Of a stretch of 64,000 nt of DNA, positions 13,201 to 27,590 are shown piece by piece. Position numbers and translations under genes: made by a program. The stretch is from positions 8,772,201 to 8,836,200 of the forward strand of contig NC_092679.1 in NCBI RefSeq assembly GCF_964355755.1, written 5' to 3'. Source of the DNA: Antedon mediterranea. Its lineage: Eukaryota > Animalia > Echinodermata. Positions within the stretch are counted from its first letter, which is position 1, and each line of letters starts with the position of its first letter. A model generated the notes under the pieces. The model was not told the DNA's origin. It worked only from the letters and a program-made list of their open reading frames with translations, and did not search any database.

Positions 13201-13819
13201 TTCTAAGCACTTTGGTGTTTTTATGGAAACATTTTTTTTCGAAAATCACAAAATGGTCTAAAACGTCTCCAATAGCGATTTGAAGCTTTTCTTTACACTT
13301 TGGTGTTTTTATGTTAACAAGTTTTTTCGAAAATCACAAAATGGTCTAAAACGTCTCCAAATTCGATTTGAAGCTATTCTGTACACTTTGATGTTTTTAT
13401 GTTAACAAGTTTTTTCGAAAATCACAAAATGGTCTAAAACGTCTACAAATGCGATTTGAAGCTATTCTAAGCACTTTTGTGTTTTTATGTTAACAAGTTT
13501 TTTCGAAAATCACAAAATGGTCTAAAACGTCTGCAAATGCGATTTGAAACTATTCTTAGCACATTGGTGTTTTTATTTAAACAAATTTTTTCGAAACTCA
13601 CAAAATGGTCTAAAACGTCTCCAAATGCGATTTGAAGCTATTTTAAGCACTTTAGTGTTTTTGTGTTAACAAGTTTTTCGAAATGCTCAAAATGGTCTAA
13701 AACGTTTTTAAACACGATATTAAGCTATTTTGTGCTCTTTGATGTTTTTTTGTGAAAAGTTTTAGCAAAATGCTCAAAATGGTCTAAAACGACTTCTAAT
13801 GTGATTTTAAGCACTTTGA

Positions 13820-16800
13820 TGTTTTTATGTTAACAAGTTTTTTCGAAAATCACAAAATGGTCTAAAACGTCTCCAAATGCGATTTGAAGCTATTCTAAGC
13901 ACTTTGGTGTTTTTATGTTAACAAGTTTTTTCGAAAATCACAAAATGGTCTAAAACGTCTCCAAATGCGATTTGAAGCTATTCTGTACACTTTGATGTTT
14001 TTATGTTAACAAGTTTTTTCGAAAATCACAAAATGGTCTAAAACGTTTCCAAATGCGATTTGAAGCTATTCTGTACACTTTGATGTTTTGTGTGAAAATT
14101 TTCTGTCGAAATGCTCAAAATGGTCAAAAACGTTTTTAAATACGATATTAAGCTACTTTGTGCTCTTTGATGTTTTTGTATGAAATGTTTTATCGAAATG
14201 CTCAAAATGGTCTAAAACGGTTTCTAATAGTGATTTCAAGCACTTTGATGTTTTTGTGTAACCAAGTTTTTCGAAAATCACAAAATTGTCTAAACGTCTC
14301 CAAATGCGATTTGAAGCTATTCTGTACACTTTGATGTTTTTATGTTAACAAGTTTTTCGAAAATCACAAAATGGTCTAAAACGTCTCCAAATGCGATTTG
14401 AAGCTATTTTAAGCACTTAGGTGCTTTTGTGTAACCAAGTTTTTTCGAAAATCACAAAAGGGTCTAAAATGTCTCCAAATGTGATTTGAAGCTATTTTAA
14501 GCACTTTGGTGTTTTTGTGTTAACAAGTTTTTCGAAAATCACAAAATTGTCTAAAACGTCTCCAAATGCGATTTGAAGCTATTCTGTACACTTTGATGTT
14601 TTTATGTTAACAAGTTTTTTAGAAAATCACAAAATGGTCTAAAATGTCTCCAAATGCGATTTGAAGCTATTCTAAACACTTTGGTGTTTTTATGTTAACA
14701 TGTTTTTTCGAAAATCACAAAATGGTCTAAAACGTCTCCAAATGCGATTTGAAGCTATTTTAAGCACTTTGGTGTTTTTGTGTTAACAAGTTTTTCGAAA
14801 TGCTCAAAATGGTCTAAAACGTCTCCAAATGCGATTTGAAGCTATTCTAAGCACTTTGGTGTTTTTATGTTAACAAGTTTTTTCGAAAATCACAAAATGG
14901 TCTAAAACGTCTCCAAATGCGATTTGGAGCTATTCTGTACACTTTGATGTTTTTATGTTAACAAGTTTTTTCGAAAATCACAAAATGGTCTAAAACGTTT
15001 CCAAATGCGATTTGAAGCTATTCTGTACACTTTGATGTTTTGTGTGAAAATTTTCTGTCGAAATGCTCAAAATGGTCAAAAACGTTTTTAAATACGATAT
15101 TAAGCTACTTTGTGCTCTTTGATGTTTTTGTGTGAAATGTTTTATCGAAATGCTCAAAATGGTCTAAAACGGTTTCTAATGTGATTTCAAGAACTTTGAT
15201 GTTTTTGTGTAACCAAGTTTTTCGAAAATCACAAAATTGTCTAAAACGTCTCGAAATGCGATTTGAAGCTATTCTGTACACTTTGATGTTTTTATGTTAA
15301 CAAGTTTTTCGAAGATCACAAAATGGTCTAAAACGTCTCCAAATGCGATTTTAAGCTATTCTAAGCACTTTGGTGTTTTTATGTTAACAAGTTTTTTTGA
15401 AAATCACAAAATGGTCTAAAACGTCTCTAAATGCGATTTGAAGCTTTTCTGTACACTTTGATGTTTTTATGTTAACAACTTTTTTCGAAAATCACAAAAT
15501 GGTCTAAAACGTCTCCAATAGCGATTTGAAGCTTTTCTGTACACTTTGGTGTTTTTATGTTAACAAGTTTTTTTCGAAAATCACAAAATGGTCTAAAACG
15601 TCTCCAAATGCGATTTGAAGCTATTCTGTACACTTTGATGTTTTTATGTTAACAAGTTTTTTCGAAAATCACAAAATGGTCTAAAACGTCTACAAATGCG
15701 ATTTGAAGCTATTCTAAGCACTTTTGTGTTTTTATGTTAACAAGTTTTTTCGAAAATCACAAAAGATTCTAAAATATCTCGAAATGCGATTTGAAGCTAT
15801 TCTAAGCACTTTGGTGTTTTTATGTTAACAAGTTTTTTCGAAAATCACAAAATGGTCTAAAATGTCTCCAAATGCGATTTGAAGCTAATCTTAGCACATT
15901 GGTGTTTTTATGTTAACAAGTTTTTTCGAAAATCACAAAATGGTCTAAAACGACTCCAAATGCGATTTGAAGCTATTCTGTATACTTTGGTGTTTTTATG
16001 TTAACAAGTTTTTTCGAAAATCACAAAATGGTCTAAAACGTCTCCAAATGCGATTTGAAGCTATTCTGTACACTTTGATGTTTTTATGTTAACAAGTTTT
16101 TTCGAAAATCACAAAATGGTCTAAAACGTTTCCAAATGCGATTTGAAGCTATTCTGTACACTTTGATGTTTTGTGTGAAAATTTTCTTTCGAAATGCTCA
16201 AAATGGTCAAAAACGTTTTTAAATACGATATTAAGCTACTTTGTGCTCTTTGATGTTTTTTTGTGAAATGTTTTATCGAAATGCTCAAAATGGTCTAAAA
16301 CGGTTTCTAATGTGATTTCAAGCCCTTTGATGTTTTTGTATAACCAAGTTTTTTCGAAAATCACAAAATGGTCTAAAACGTCTCCAAATGCGATTTGAAG
16401 CTATTCTGTACACTTTGATGTTTTTATGTTAACAAGTTTTTTCGAAAATCACAAAATGGTCTAAAACGTCTACAAATGCGATTTGAAGCTATTCTGTACA
16501 CTTTGATGTTTTTATGTTAACAAGTTTTTTCGAAAATCACAAAATGGTCTAAAACGTTTCCAAATGCGATTTGAAGCTATTCTGTACACTTTGATGTTTT
16601 GTGTGAAAATTTTCTGTCGAAATGCTCAAAATGGTCAAAAACGTTTTTAAATACGATATTAAGCTACTTTGTGCTCTTTGATGTTTTTGTGTGAAATGTT
16701 TTATCGAAATGCTCAAAATGGTCTAAAACGGTTTCTAATGTGATTTCAAGCACTTTGATGTTTTTGTGTAACCAAGTTTTTCGAAAATCACAAAATTGTC

Positions 16801-19800
16801 TAAAACGTCTCCAAATGCGATTTGAAGCTATTCGGTACACTTTGATGTTTTTATGTCAACAAGTTTTTCGAAAATCACAAAATGGTCTAAAACGTCTCCA
16901 AATGCGATTTTAAGCTATTCTAAGCACTTTGGTGTTTTTATGTTAACAAGTTTTTTTGAAAATCACAAAATGGTCTAAAACGTCTCTAAATGCGATTTGA
17001 AGCTTTTCTGTACACTTTGATGTTTTTATGTTAACAACTTTTTTCGAAAATCAAAAAATGGTCTAAAATGTCTCCAAATGCGATTTGAAGCTATTCTAAG
17101 CACTTTGGTGTTTTTATGGAAACAATTTTTTTGGAAAATCACAAAATGGTCTAAAACGTCTCCAATAGCGATTTGAAGCTTTTCTGTACACTTTGGTGTT
17201 TTTATGTTAACAAGTTTTTTCGAAAATCACAAAATGGTCTAAAACGTCTCCAAATGCGATTTGAAGCTATTCTGTACACTTTGATGTTTTTATGTTAGCT
17301 AGTTTTTTCGAAAATCACAAAATGGTCTAAAACGTCTACAAATGCGATTTGAAGCTATTCTGTACACTTTGATGTTTTTATGTTAACAAGTTTTTTCGAA
17401 AATCACAAAATGGTCTAAAACGTTTCCAAATGCGATTTGAAGCTATTCTGTACACTTTGATGTTTTGTGTGAAAATTTTCTATCGAAATGCTCAAAATCG
17501 TTTTTAAATACGATATTAAGCTACTTTGTGCTCTTTGATGTTTTTGTGTGAAATGTTTTATTGAAATGCTCAAAATGGTCTAAAACGGTTTCTAATGTGA
17601 TTTCAAGCACTTTGATGTTTTTGTATAACCAAGTTTTTCGAAAATCACAAAATTGTCTAAAACGTCTCCAAATGCGATTTGAAGCTATTCTGTACACTTT
17701 GATGTTTTTATGTTAACAAGTTTTTCGAAAATCACAAAATGGTCTAAAACGTCTCCAAATGCGATTTTAAGCTATTCTAAGCACTTTGGTGTTTTTATGT
17801 TAACAAGTTTTTCGAAAATCACAAAATTGTCTAAAACGTCTCCAAATGCGATTTGAAGCTATTCTGTACACTTTGATGTTTTTATGTTAACAAGTTTTTC
17901 GAAAATCACAAAATGGTCTAAAACGTCTCCAAATGCGATTTTAAGCTATTCTAAGCACTTTGGTGTTTTTATGTTAACAAGTTTTTTTGAAAATCACAAA
18001 ATGGTCTAAAACGTCTCTAAATGCGATTTGAAGCTTTTCTGTACACTTTGATGTTTTTAAGTTAACAACTTTTTTCGAAAATCACAAAATGGTCTAAAAT
18101 GTCTCCAAAATGCGATTTGAAGCTATTCTAAGCACTTTGGTGTTTTTATGGAAACAATTTTTTTCGAAAATCACAAAATGGTCTAAAACGTCTCCAATAG
18201 CGATTTGAAGCTTTTCTGTACACTTTGGTGTTTTTATGTTAACAAGTTTTTTCGAAAATCACAAAATGGTCTAAAACGTCTCCAAATGCGATTTGAAGCT
18301 ATTCTGTACACTTTGATGTTTTTATGTTAACAAGTTTTTTCGAAAATCACAAAATGGTCTAAAACGTCTAGAAATGCGATTTGAAGCTATTCTGTACACT
18401 TTGATGTTTTTATGTTAAGTTTTTTCGAAAATCACAAAATGGTCTAAAACGTTTCCAAATGCGATTTTAAGCTATTCTGTACACTTTGATGTTTTGTATG
18501 AAAATTTTCTGTCGAAATGCTCAAAATGGTCAAAAACGTTTTTAAATACGATATTAAGCTACTTTGTGCTCTTTGATGATTTTGTCTGAAATGTTTTATC
18601 GAAATGCTCAAAATGGTCTAAAACGGTTTCTAATGTGATTTCAAGCACTTTGATGTTTTTGTGTAACCAAGTTTTTCGAAAAACACAAAATTGTCTAAAA
18701 CGTCTCCAAATGCGATTTGAAGCTATTCTGTACACTTTGATGTTTTTATGTTAACAAGTTTTTCGAAAATCACAAAATGGTCTAAAACGTCTCCAAATGC
18801 GATTTTAAGCTATTCTAAGCACTTTGGTGTTTTTATGTTAACAAGTTTTTTCGAAAATCACAAAATGGTCTAAAACGTCTCCAAATGCGATTTGAAGCTA
18901 TTCTAAGCACTTTGGTGTTTTTATGTTAACAAGTTTTTTCGAAAATCACAAAATGGTCTAAAACGTCTCCAAATGCGATTTGAAGCTATTCTGTACACTT
19001 TGATGTTTTTATGTTAACAAGTTTTTTCGAAAATCACAAAATGGTCTAAAACGTTTCCAAATGCGATTTGAAGCTATTCTGTACACTTTGATGTTTTGTG
19101 TGAAAATTTTCTGTCGAAATGCTCAAAATGGTCAAAAACGTTTTTAAATACGATATTAAGCTACTTTGTGCTCTTTGATGTTTTTGTATGAAATGTTTTA
19201 TCGAAATGCTCAAAATGGTCTAAAACGGTTTCTAATAGTGATTTCAAGCACTTTGATGTTTTTGTGTAACCAAGTTTTTCGAAAATCACAAAATTGTCTA
19301 AACGTCTCCAAATGCGATTTGAAGCTATTCTGTACACTTTGATGTTTTTATGTTAACAAGTTTTTCGAAAATCACAAAATGGTCTAAAACGTCTCCAAAT
19401 GCGATTTGAAGCTATTTTAAGCACTTAGGTGCTTTTGTGTAACCAAGTTTTTTCGAAAATCACAAAAGGGTCTAAAATGTCTCCAAATGTGATTTGAAGC
19501 TATTTTAAGCACTTTGGTGTTTTTGTGTTAACAAGTTTTTCGAAAATCACAAAATTGTCTAAAACGTCTCCAAATGCGATTTGAAGCTATTCTGTACACT
19601 TTGATGTTTTTATGTAAACAAGTTTTTTAGAAAATCACAAAATGGTCTAAAATGTCTCCAAATGCGATTTGAAGCTATTCTAAACACTTTGGTGTTTTTA
19701 TGTTAACATGTTTTTTCGAAAATCACAAAATGGTCTAAAACGTCTCCAAATGCGATTTGAAGCTATTTTAAGCACTTTGGTGTTTTTGTGTTAACAAGTT

Positions 19801-20772
19801 TTTCGAAATGCTCAAAATGGTCTAAAACGTCTCCAAATGCGATTTGAAGCTATTCTAAGCACTTTGGTGTTTTTATGTTAACAAGTTTTTTCGAAAATCA
19901 CAAAATAGTCTAAAACGTCTCCAAATGCGATTTGGAGCTATTCTGTACACTTTGATGTTTTTATGTTAACAAGTTTTTTCGAAAATCACAAAATGGTCTA
20001 AAACGTTTCCAAATGCGATTTGAAGCTATTCTGTACACTTTGATGTTTTGTGTGAAAATTTTCTGTCGAAATGCTCAAAATGGTCAAAAACGTTTTTAAA
20101 TACGATATTAAGCTACTTTGTGCTCTTTGATGTTTTTTTGTGAAATGTTTTATCGAAATGCTCAAAATGGTCTAAAACGGTTTATAATGTGATTTCAAGA
20201 ACTTTGATGTTTTTGTGTAACCAAGTTTTTCGAAAATCACAAAATTGTCTAAAACGTCTCCAAATGCGATTTGAAGCTATTCTGTACACTTTGATGTTTT
20301 TATGTTAACAAGTTTTTCGAAGATCACAAAATGGTCTAAAACGTCTCCAAATGAGATTTTAAGCTATTCTAAGCACTTTGGTGTTTTTATGTTAACAAGT
20401 TTTTTTGAAAATCACAAAATGGTCTAAAACGTCTCTAAATGCGATTTGAAGCTTTTCTGTACACTTTGATGTTTTTATGTTAACAACTTTTTTCGAAAAT
20501 CACAAAATGGTCTAAAACGTCTCCAATAGCGATTTGAAGCTTTTCTGTACACTTTGGTGTTTTTATGTTAACAAGTTTTTTTCGAAAATCACAAAATGGT
20601 CTAAAACGTCTCCAAATGCGATTTGAAGCTATTCTGTACACTTTGATGTTTTTATGTTAACAAGTTTTTTCGAAAATCACAAAATGGTCTAAAACGTCTA
20701 CAAATGCGATTTGAAGCTATTCTAAGCACTTTTGTGTTTTTATGTTAACAAGTTTTTTCGAAAATCACAAAA
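13820..20772 (+). repeat. Dispersed ~1.95-kb duplication (~13820-15764 and ~18828-20772), offset 5008 bp
   Basis: Shared rare variants CTAATAGTGA, GTCTAAACGT, GTTAACATG, GATTTGGAGC, TTCAAGAAC and CGAAGATCAC at a constant offset. Confidence 0.88.
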
Positions 20773-21866
20773 TGGTCTAAAACGTCTGCAAATGCGATTT
20801 GAAGCTATTCTTAGCACATTGGTGTTTTTATTTAAACAAATTTTTTCGAAACTCACAAAATGGTCTAAAACGTCTCCAAATGCGATTTGAAGCTATTTTA
20901 AGCACTTTGGTGTTTTTGTGTTAACAAGTTTTTCTAAATGCTCAAAATGGTCTAAAACGTTTTTAAACACGATATTAAGCTATTTTGTGCTCTTTGATGT
21001 TTTTTTGTGAAAAGTTTTAGCGAAATGCTCAAAATGGTCTAAAACGATTTCTAATGTGATTTTAAGCACTTTGATGTTTTTATGTTAACTAGTTTTTTCG
21101 AAAATCAAAAATGGTCTAAAACGTCTCCAAATGTGATTTGAAGCTATTCTAAGAACTTTGGTGTTTTTATGTTAACAGTTTTTTCGAAAATCACAAAATG
21201 GTCTAAAACGTTTCCAAATGCGATTTGAAGCTATTCTGTACACTTTGATGTTTTTATGGTAACAAGTTTTTTAGAAAATCACAAAATGGTCTAAAACATC
21301 TCCAAATGCGATTTAAAGCTATTTTAAGCACTTTTGTGTTTTTGTGTAACCAAGTTTTTTCGAAAATCACAAAAGGGTCTAAAATGTCTCTAAATGCGAT
21401 TTGAAGCTACTCTAAGCACTTTGGTGTTTTTATGTTAACAAGTTTTTTCGAAAATCAATAAATGGTCTAAAATTTCTCCAAATGCGATTTGAAGCTATTC
21501 TGTACACTTTGCTGTTTTGTGTGAAAAATGATTGTCGAAATCCTCAAAATGGTCAAAAACGTTTTTAAATACGATATTAAGCTATTTTGTGCTCTTTGAT
21601 GTTTTTGTGTGAAAAGTTTTATCGAAATACTCAAAATGGTCTAAAACGGTTTCTAATGTGATTTTAAGCACTTTGATGTTTTTGTGTAACCAAGTTTTTT
21701 CGAAAATCACAAAATGGTCTAAAATGTCTCCAAATGCGATTTGAAGCTATTCTAAGCACTTTGGTGTTTTTATGGAAACAATTTTTTTCGAAAATCACAA
21801 AATGGTCTAAAACGTCTCCAATAGCAATTTGAAGCTTTTCTGTACACTTTGGTGTTTTTATGTTAA

Positions 21867-24800
21867 CAAGTTTTTTCGAAAATCACAAAATGGTCTAAAA
21901 CGTCTCCCAATGCGATTTGAAGCTATTCTGTACACTTTGATGTTTTTATGTTAACAAGTTTTTTCGAAAATCACAAAATGGTCTAAAACGTCTCCAAATG
22001 CGATTTGAAGCTATTTTAAGCACTTTGGTGTTTTTGTGTTAACAAGTTTTTCGAAATGCTCAAAATGGTCTAAAACGTCTCCAAATGCGATTTGAAGCTA
22101 TTCTAAGCACTTTGGTGTTTTTATGTTAACAAGTTTTTTCGAAAATCACAAAATGGTATAAAACGTCTCCAAATGCGATTTGAAGCTATTCTAAGCACTT
22201 TGGTGTTTTTATGTTAACAAGTTTTTTCGAAAATCACAAAATGGTCTAAAACGTTTCCAAATGCGATTTGAAGCTATTCTGTACACTTTGATGTTTTGTG
22301 TGAAAATTTTCTTTCGAAATGCTCAAAATGGTCAAAAACGTTTTTAAATACGATATTAAGCTACTTTGTGCTCTTTGATGTTTTTGTGTGAAATGTTTTA
22401 TCGAAATGCTCAAAATGGTCTAAAACGGTTTCTAATGTGATTTCAAGCACTTTGATGTTTTTGTGTAACCAAGTTTTTCGAAAATCACAAAATTGTCTAA
22501 AACGTCTCCAAATGCGATTTGAAGCTATTCTGTACACTTTGATGTTTTTATGTTAACAAGTTTTTCGAAAATCACAAAATGGTCTAAAACGTCTCCAAAT
22601 GCGATTTTAAGCTATTCTAAGCACTTTGGTGTTTTTATGTTAACAAGTTTTTTTGAAAATCACAAAATGGTCTAAAACGTCTCTAAATGCGATTTGAAGC
22701 TTTTCTGTACACTTTGATGTTTTTATGTTAACAACTTTTTTCGAAAATCACAAAATGGTCTAAAATGTCTCCAAATGCGATTTGAAGCTATTCTAAGCAC
22801 TTTGGTGTTTTTATGGAAACAATTTTTTTCGAAAATCACAAAATGGTCTAAAACGTCTCCAATAGCGATTTGAAGCTTTCTGTACACTTTGGTGTTTTTA
22901 TGTTAACAAGTTTTTTCGAAAATCACAAAATGGTCTAAAACGTCTACAAATGCGATTTGAAGCTATTCTAAGCACTTTTGTGTTTTTATGTTAACAAGTT
23001 TTTTCGAAAATCACAAAATGGTCTAAAACGTCTGCAAATGCGATTTGAAGCTATTCTTAGCACATTGGTGATTTTATTTAAACAAATTTTTTCGAAACTC
23101 ACAAAATGGTCTAAAACGTCTCCAAATGCGATTGCAAGCTATTTTAAGCACTTTGGTATTTTTGTGTTAACAAGTTTTTCGAAATGCTCAAAATGGTCTA
23201 AAACGTTTTTAAACACGATATTAAGCTATTTTGTGCTCTTTGATTTTTTTTTGTGAAAAGTTTTAGCGAAATGCTCAAAATGGTCTAAAACGATTTCTAA
23301 TGTGATTTTAAGGACTTTGATGTTTTTATGTTAACTAGTTTTTTCGAAAATCACAAAATGGTCTAAAACGTCTCCAAATGCGATTTGAAGCTATTTTAAG
23401 CACTTAGGTGCTTTTGTGTAACCAAGTTTTTTCGAAAATCACAAAAAGGTCTAAAATGTCTCCAAATGTGATTTGAAGCTATTTTAAGCACTTTGGTGTT
23501 TTTGTGTTAACAAGTTTTTCGAAAATCACAAAATTGTCTAAAACGTCTCCAAATGCGATTTGAAGCTATTCTGTAAACTTTGATGTTTTTATGTTAACAA
23601 GTATTTTAGAAAATCACAAAATGGTCTATAATGTCTCTAAATGCGATTTGAAGCTATTCTAAGCACTTTGGTGTTTTTATGTTAACAAGTTTTTTTCGAA
23701 AATCACAAAATGGTCTAAAACGTCTCCAAATGCGATTTGAAGCTATTTTAAGCACTTTGGTGTTTTTGTGTTAACAAGTTTTTCGAAATGCTCAAAATGG
23801 TCTAAAACGTCTCCAAATGCGATTTGAAGCTATTCTAAGCACTTTGGTGTTTTTATGTTAACAAGTTTTTTCGAAAATCACAAAATGGTCTAAAACGTCT
23901 CCAAATGCGGTTTTAAGCTATTCTGTACACTTTGATGTTTTTATGTTAACAAGTTTTTTCGAAAATCACAAAATGGTCTAAAACGTTTCCAAATGCGATT
24001 TGAAGCTATTCTGTACACTTTGATGTTTTGTGTGAAAATTTTCTGTCGAAATGCTCAAAATGGTCAAAAACGTTTTTAAATACGATATTAAGCTACTTTG
24101 TGCTCTTTGATGTTTTTGTGTGAAATGTTTTATCGAAATGCTCAAAATGGTCTAAAACGGTTTCTAATGTGATTTCAAGCACTTTGATGTTTTTGTGTAA
24201 CCAAGTTTTTCGAAAATCACAAAATTGTCTAAAACGTCTCCAAATGCGATTTGAAGCTATTCTGTACACTTTGATGTTTTTATGTTAACAAGTTTTTTCG
24301 AAAATCACAAAATGGTCTAAAACGTCTCCAAATGCGATTTGAAGCTATTCTGTACACTTTGATGTTTTTATGTTAACTAGTTTTTTCGAAAATCACAAAA
24401 TGGTCTAAAACGTCTACAAATGCGATTTGAAGCTATTCTGTACACTTTGATGTTTTTATGTTAACAAGTTTTTTCGAAAATCACAAAATGGTCTAAAACG
24501 TTTCCAAATGCGATTTGAAGCTATTCTGTACACTTTGATGTTTTGTGTGAAAATTTTATGTCGAAATGCTCAAAATGGTCAAAAACGTTTTTAAATACGA
24601 TATTAAGCTACTTTGTGCTCTTTGATGTTTTTGTGTGAAATGTTTTATCGAAATGCTCAAAATGGTCTAAAACGGTTTCTAATGTGATTTCAAGCACTTT
24701 GATGTTTTTGTATAACCAAGTTTTTTCGAAAATCACAAAATGGTCTAAAACGTCTCCCAATGCGATTTGAAGCTATTCTGTACACTTTGATGTTTTTATG

Positions 24801-27590
24801 TTAACAAGTTTTTTCGAAAATCACAAAATGGTCTAAAACGTCTCCAAATGCGATTTGAAGCTATTTTAAGCACTTTGGTGTTTTTGTGTTAACAAGTTTT
24901 TCGAAATGCTCAAAATGGTCTAAAACGTCTCCAAATGCGATTTGAAGCTATTCTAAGCACTTTGGTGTTTTTATGTTAACAAGTTTTTTCGAAAATCACA
25001 AAATGGTATAAAACGTCTCCAAATGCGATTTGAAGCTATTCTAAGCACTTTGGTGTTTTTATGTTAACAAGTTTTTTCGAAAATCACAAAATGGTCTAAA
25101 ACGTTTCCAAATGCGATTTGAAGCTATTCTGTACACTTTGATGTTTTGTGTGAAAATTTTCTTTCGAAATGCTCAAAATGGTCAAAAACGTTTTTAAATA
25201 CGATATTAAGCTACTTTGTGCTCTTTGATGTTTTTGTGTGAAATGTTTTATCGAAATGCTCAAAATGGTCTAAAACGGTTTCTAATGTGATTTCAAGCAC
25301 TTTGATGTTTTTGTGTAACCAAGTTTTTCGAAAATCACAAAATTGTCTAAAACGTCTCCAAATGCGATTTGAAGCTATTCTGTACACTTTGATGTTTTTA
25401 TGTTAACAAGTTTTTCGAAAATCACAAAATGGTCTAAAACGTCTCCAAATGCGATTTTAAGCTATTCTAAGCACTTTGGTGTTTTTATGTTAACAAGTTT
25501 TTTTGAAAATCACAAAATGGTCTAAAACGTCTCTAAATGCGATTTGAAGCTTTTCTGTACACTTTGATGTTTTTATGTTAACAACTTTTTTCGAAAATCA
25601 CAAAATGGTCTAAAATGTCTCCAAATGCGATTTGAAGCTATTCTAAGCACTTTGGTGTTTTTATGGAAACAATTTTTTTCGAAAATCACAAAATGGTCTA
25701 AAACGTCTCCAATAGCGATTTGAAGCTTTTCTGTACACTTTGGTGTTTTTATGTTAACAAGTTTTTTCGAAAATCACAAAATGGTCTAAAACGTCTACAA
25801 ATGCGATTTGAAGCTATTCTAAGCACTTTTGTGTTTTTATGTTAACAAGTTTTTTCGAAAATCACAAAATGGTCTAAAACGTCTGCAAATGCGATTTGAA
25901 GCTATTCTTAGCATATTGGTGATTTTATTTAAACAAATTTTTTCGAAACTCACAAAATGGTCTAAAACGTCTCCAAATGCGATTGCAAGCTATTTTAAGC
26001 ACTTTGGTATTTTTGTGTTAACAAGTTTTTCGAAATGCTCAAAATGGTCTAAAACGTTTTTAAACACGATATTAAGCTATTTTGTGCTCTTTGATTTTTT
26101 TTTGTGAAAAGTTTTAGCGAAATGCTCAAAATGGTCTAAAACGATTTCTAATGTGATTTTAAGGACTTTGATGTTTTTATGTTAACTAGTTTTTTCGAAA
26201 ATCACAAAATGGTCTAAAACGTCTCCAAATGCGATTTGAAGCTATTTTAAGCACTTAGGTGCTTTTGTGTAACCAAGTTTTTTCGAAAATCACAAAAAGG
26301 TCTAAAATGTCTCCAAATGTGATTTGAAGCTATTTTAAGCACTTTGGTGTTTTTGTGTTAACAAGTTTTTCGAAAATCACAAAATTGTCTAAAACGTCTC
26401 CAAATGCGATTTGAAGCTATTCTGTAAACTTTGATGTTTTTATGTTAACAAGTATTTTAGAAAATCACAAAATGGTCTATAATGTCTCTAAATGCGATTT
26501 GAAGCTATTCTAAGCACTTTGGTGTTTTTATGTTAACAAGTTTTTTTCGAAAATCACAAAATGGTCTAAAACGTCTCCAAATGCGATTTGAAGCTATTTT
26601 AAGCACTTTGGTGTTTTTGTGTTAACAAGTTTTTCGAAATGCTCAAAATGGTCTAAAACGTCTCCAAATGCGATTTGAAGCTATTCTAAGCACTTTGGTG
26701 TTTTTATGTTAACAAGTTTTTTCGAAAATCACAAAATGGTCTAAAACGTCTCCAAATGCGGTTTTAAGCTATTCTGTACACTTTGATGTTTTTATGTTAA
26801 CAAGTTTTTTCGAAAATCACAAAATGGTCTAAAACGTTTCCAAATGCGATTTGAAGCTATTCTGTACACTTTGATGTTTTGTGTGAAAATTTTCTGTCGA
26901 AATGCTCAAAATGGTCAAAAACGTTTTTAAATACGATATTAAGCTACTTTGTGCTCTTTGATGTTTTTGTGTGAAATGTTTTATCGAAATGCTCAAAATG
27001 GTCTAAAACGGTTTCTAATGTGATTTCAAGCACTTTGATGTTTTTGTGTAACCAAGTTTTTCGAAAATCACAAAATTGTCTAAAACGTCTCCAAATGCGA
27101 TTTGAAGCTATTCTGTACACTTTGATGTTTTTATGTTAACAAGTTTTTTCGAAAATCACAAAATGGTCTAAAACGTCTCCAAATGCGATTTGAAGCTATT
27201 CTGTACACTTTGATGTTTTTATGTTAACTAGTTTTTTCGAAAATCACAAAATGGTCTAAAACGTCTACAAATGCGATTTGAAGCTATTCTGTACACTTTG
27301 ATGTTTTTATGTTAACAAGTTTTTTCGAAAATCACAAAATGGTCTAAAACGTTTCCAAATGCGATTTGAAGCTATTCTGTACACTTTGATGTTTTGTGTG
27401 AAAATTTTATGTCGAAATGCTCAAAATGGTCAAAAACGTTTTTAAATACGATATTAAGCTACTTTGTGCTCTTTGATGTTTTTGTGTGAAATGTTTTATC
27501 GAAATGCTCAAAATGGTCTAAAACGGTTTCTAATGTGATTTCAAGCACTTTGATGTTTTTGTATAACCAAGTTTTTTCGAAAATCACAAA
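21867..27590 (+). repeat. Recent tandem duplication inside the array, unit ~2850 bp x2
   Basis: Rare variants recur at +2850/2851: CGTCTCCCAA at 21901 and 24751; GATTGCAAG, GGTGATTTT, CTGTAAAC, GCGGTTTT, AAAATTTTATGTCG; track ORFs at 22978 and 25829. Ends approximate. Confidence 0.9.
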
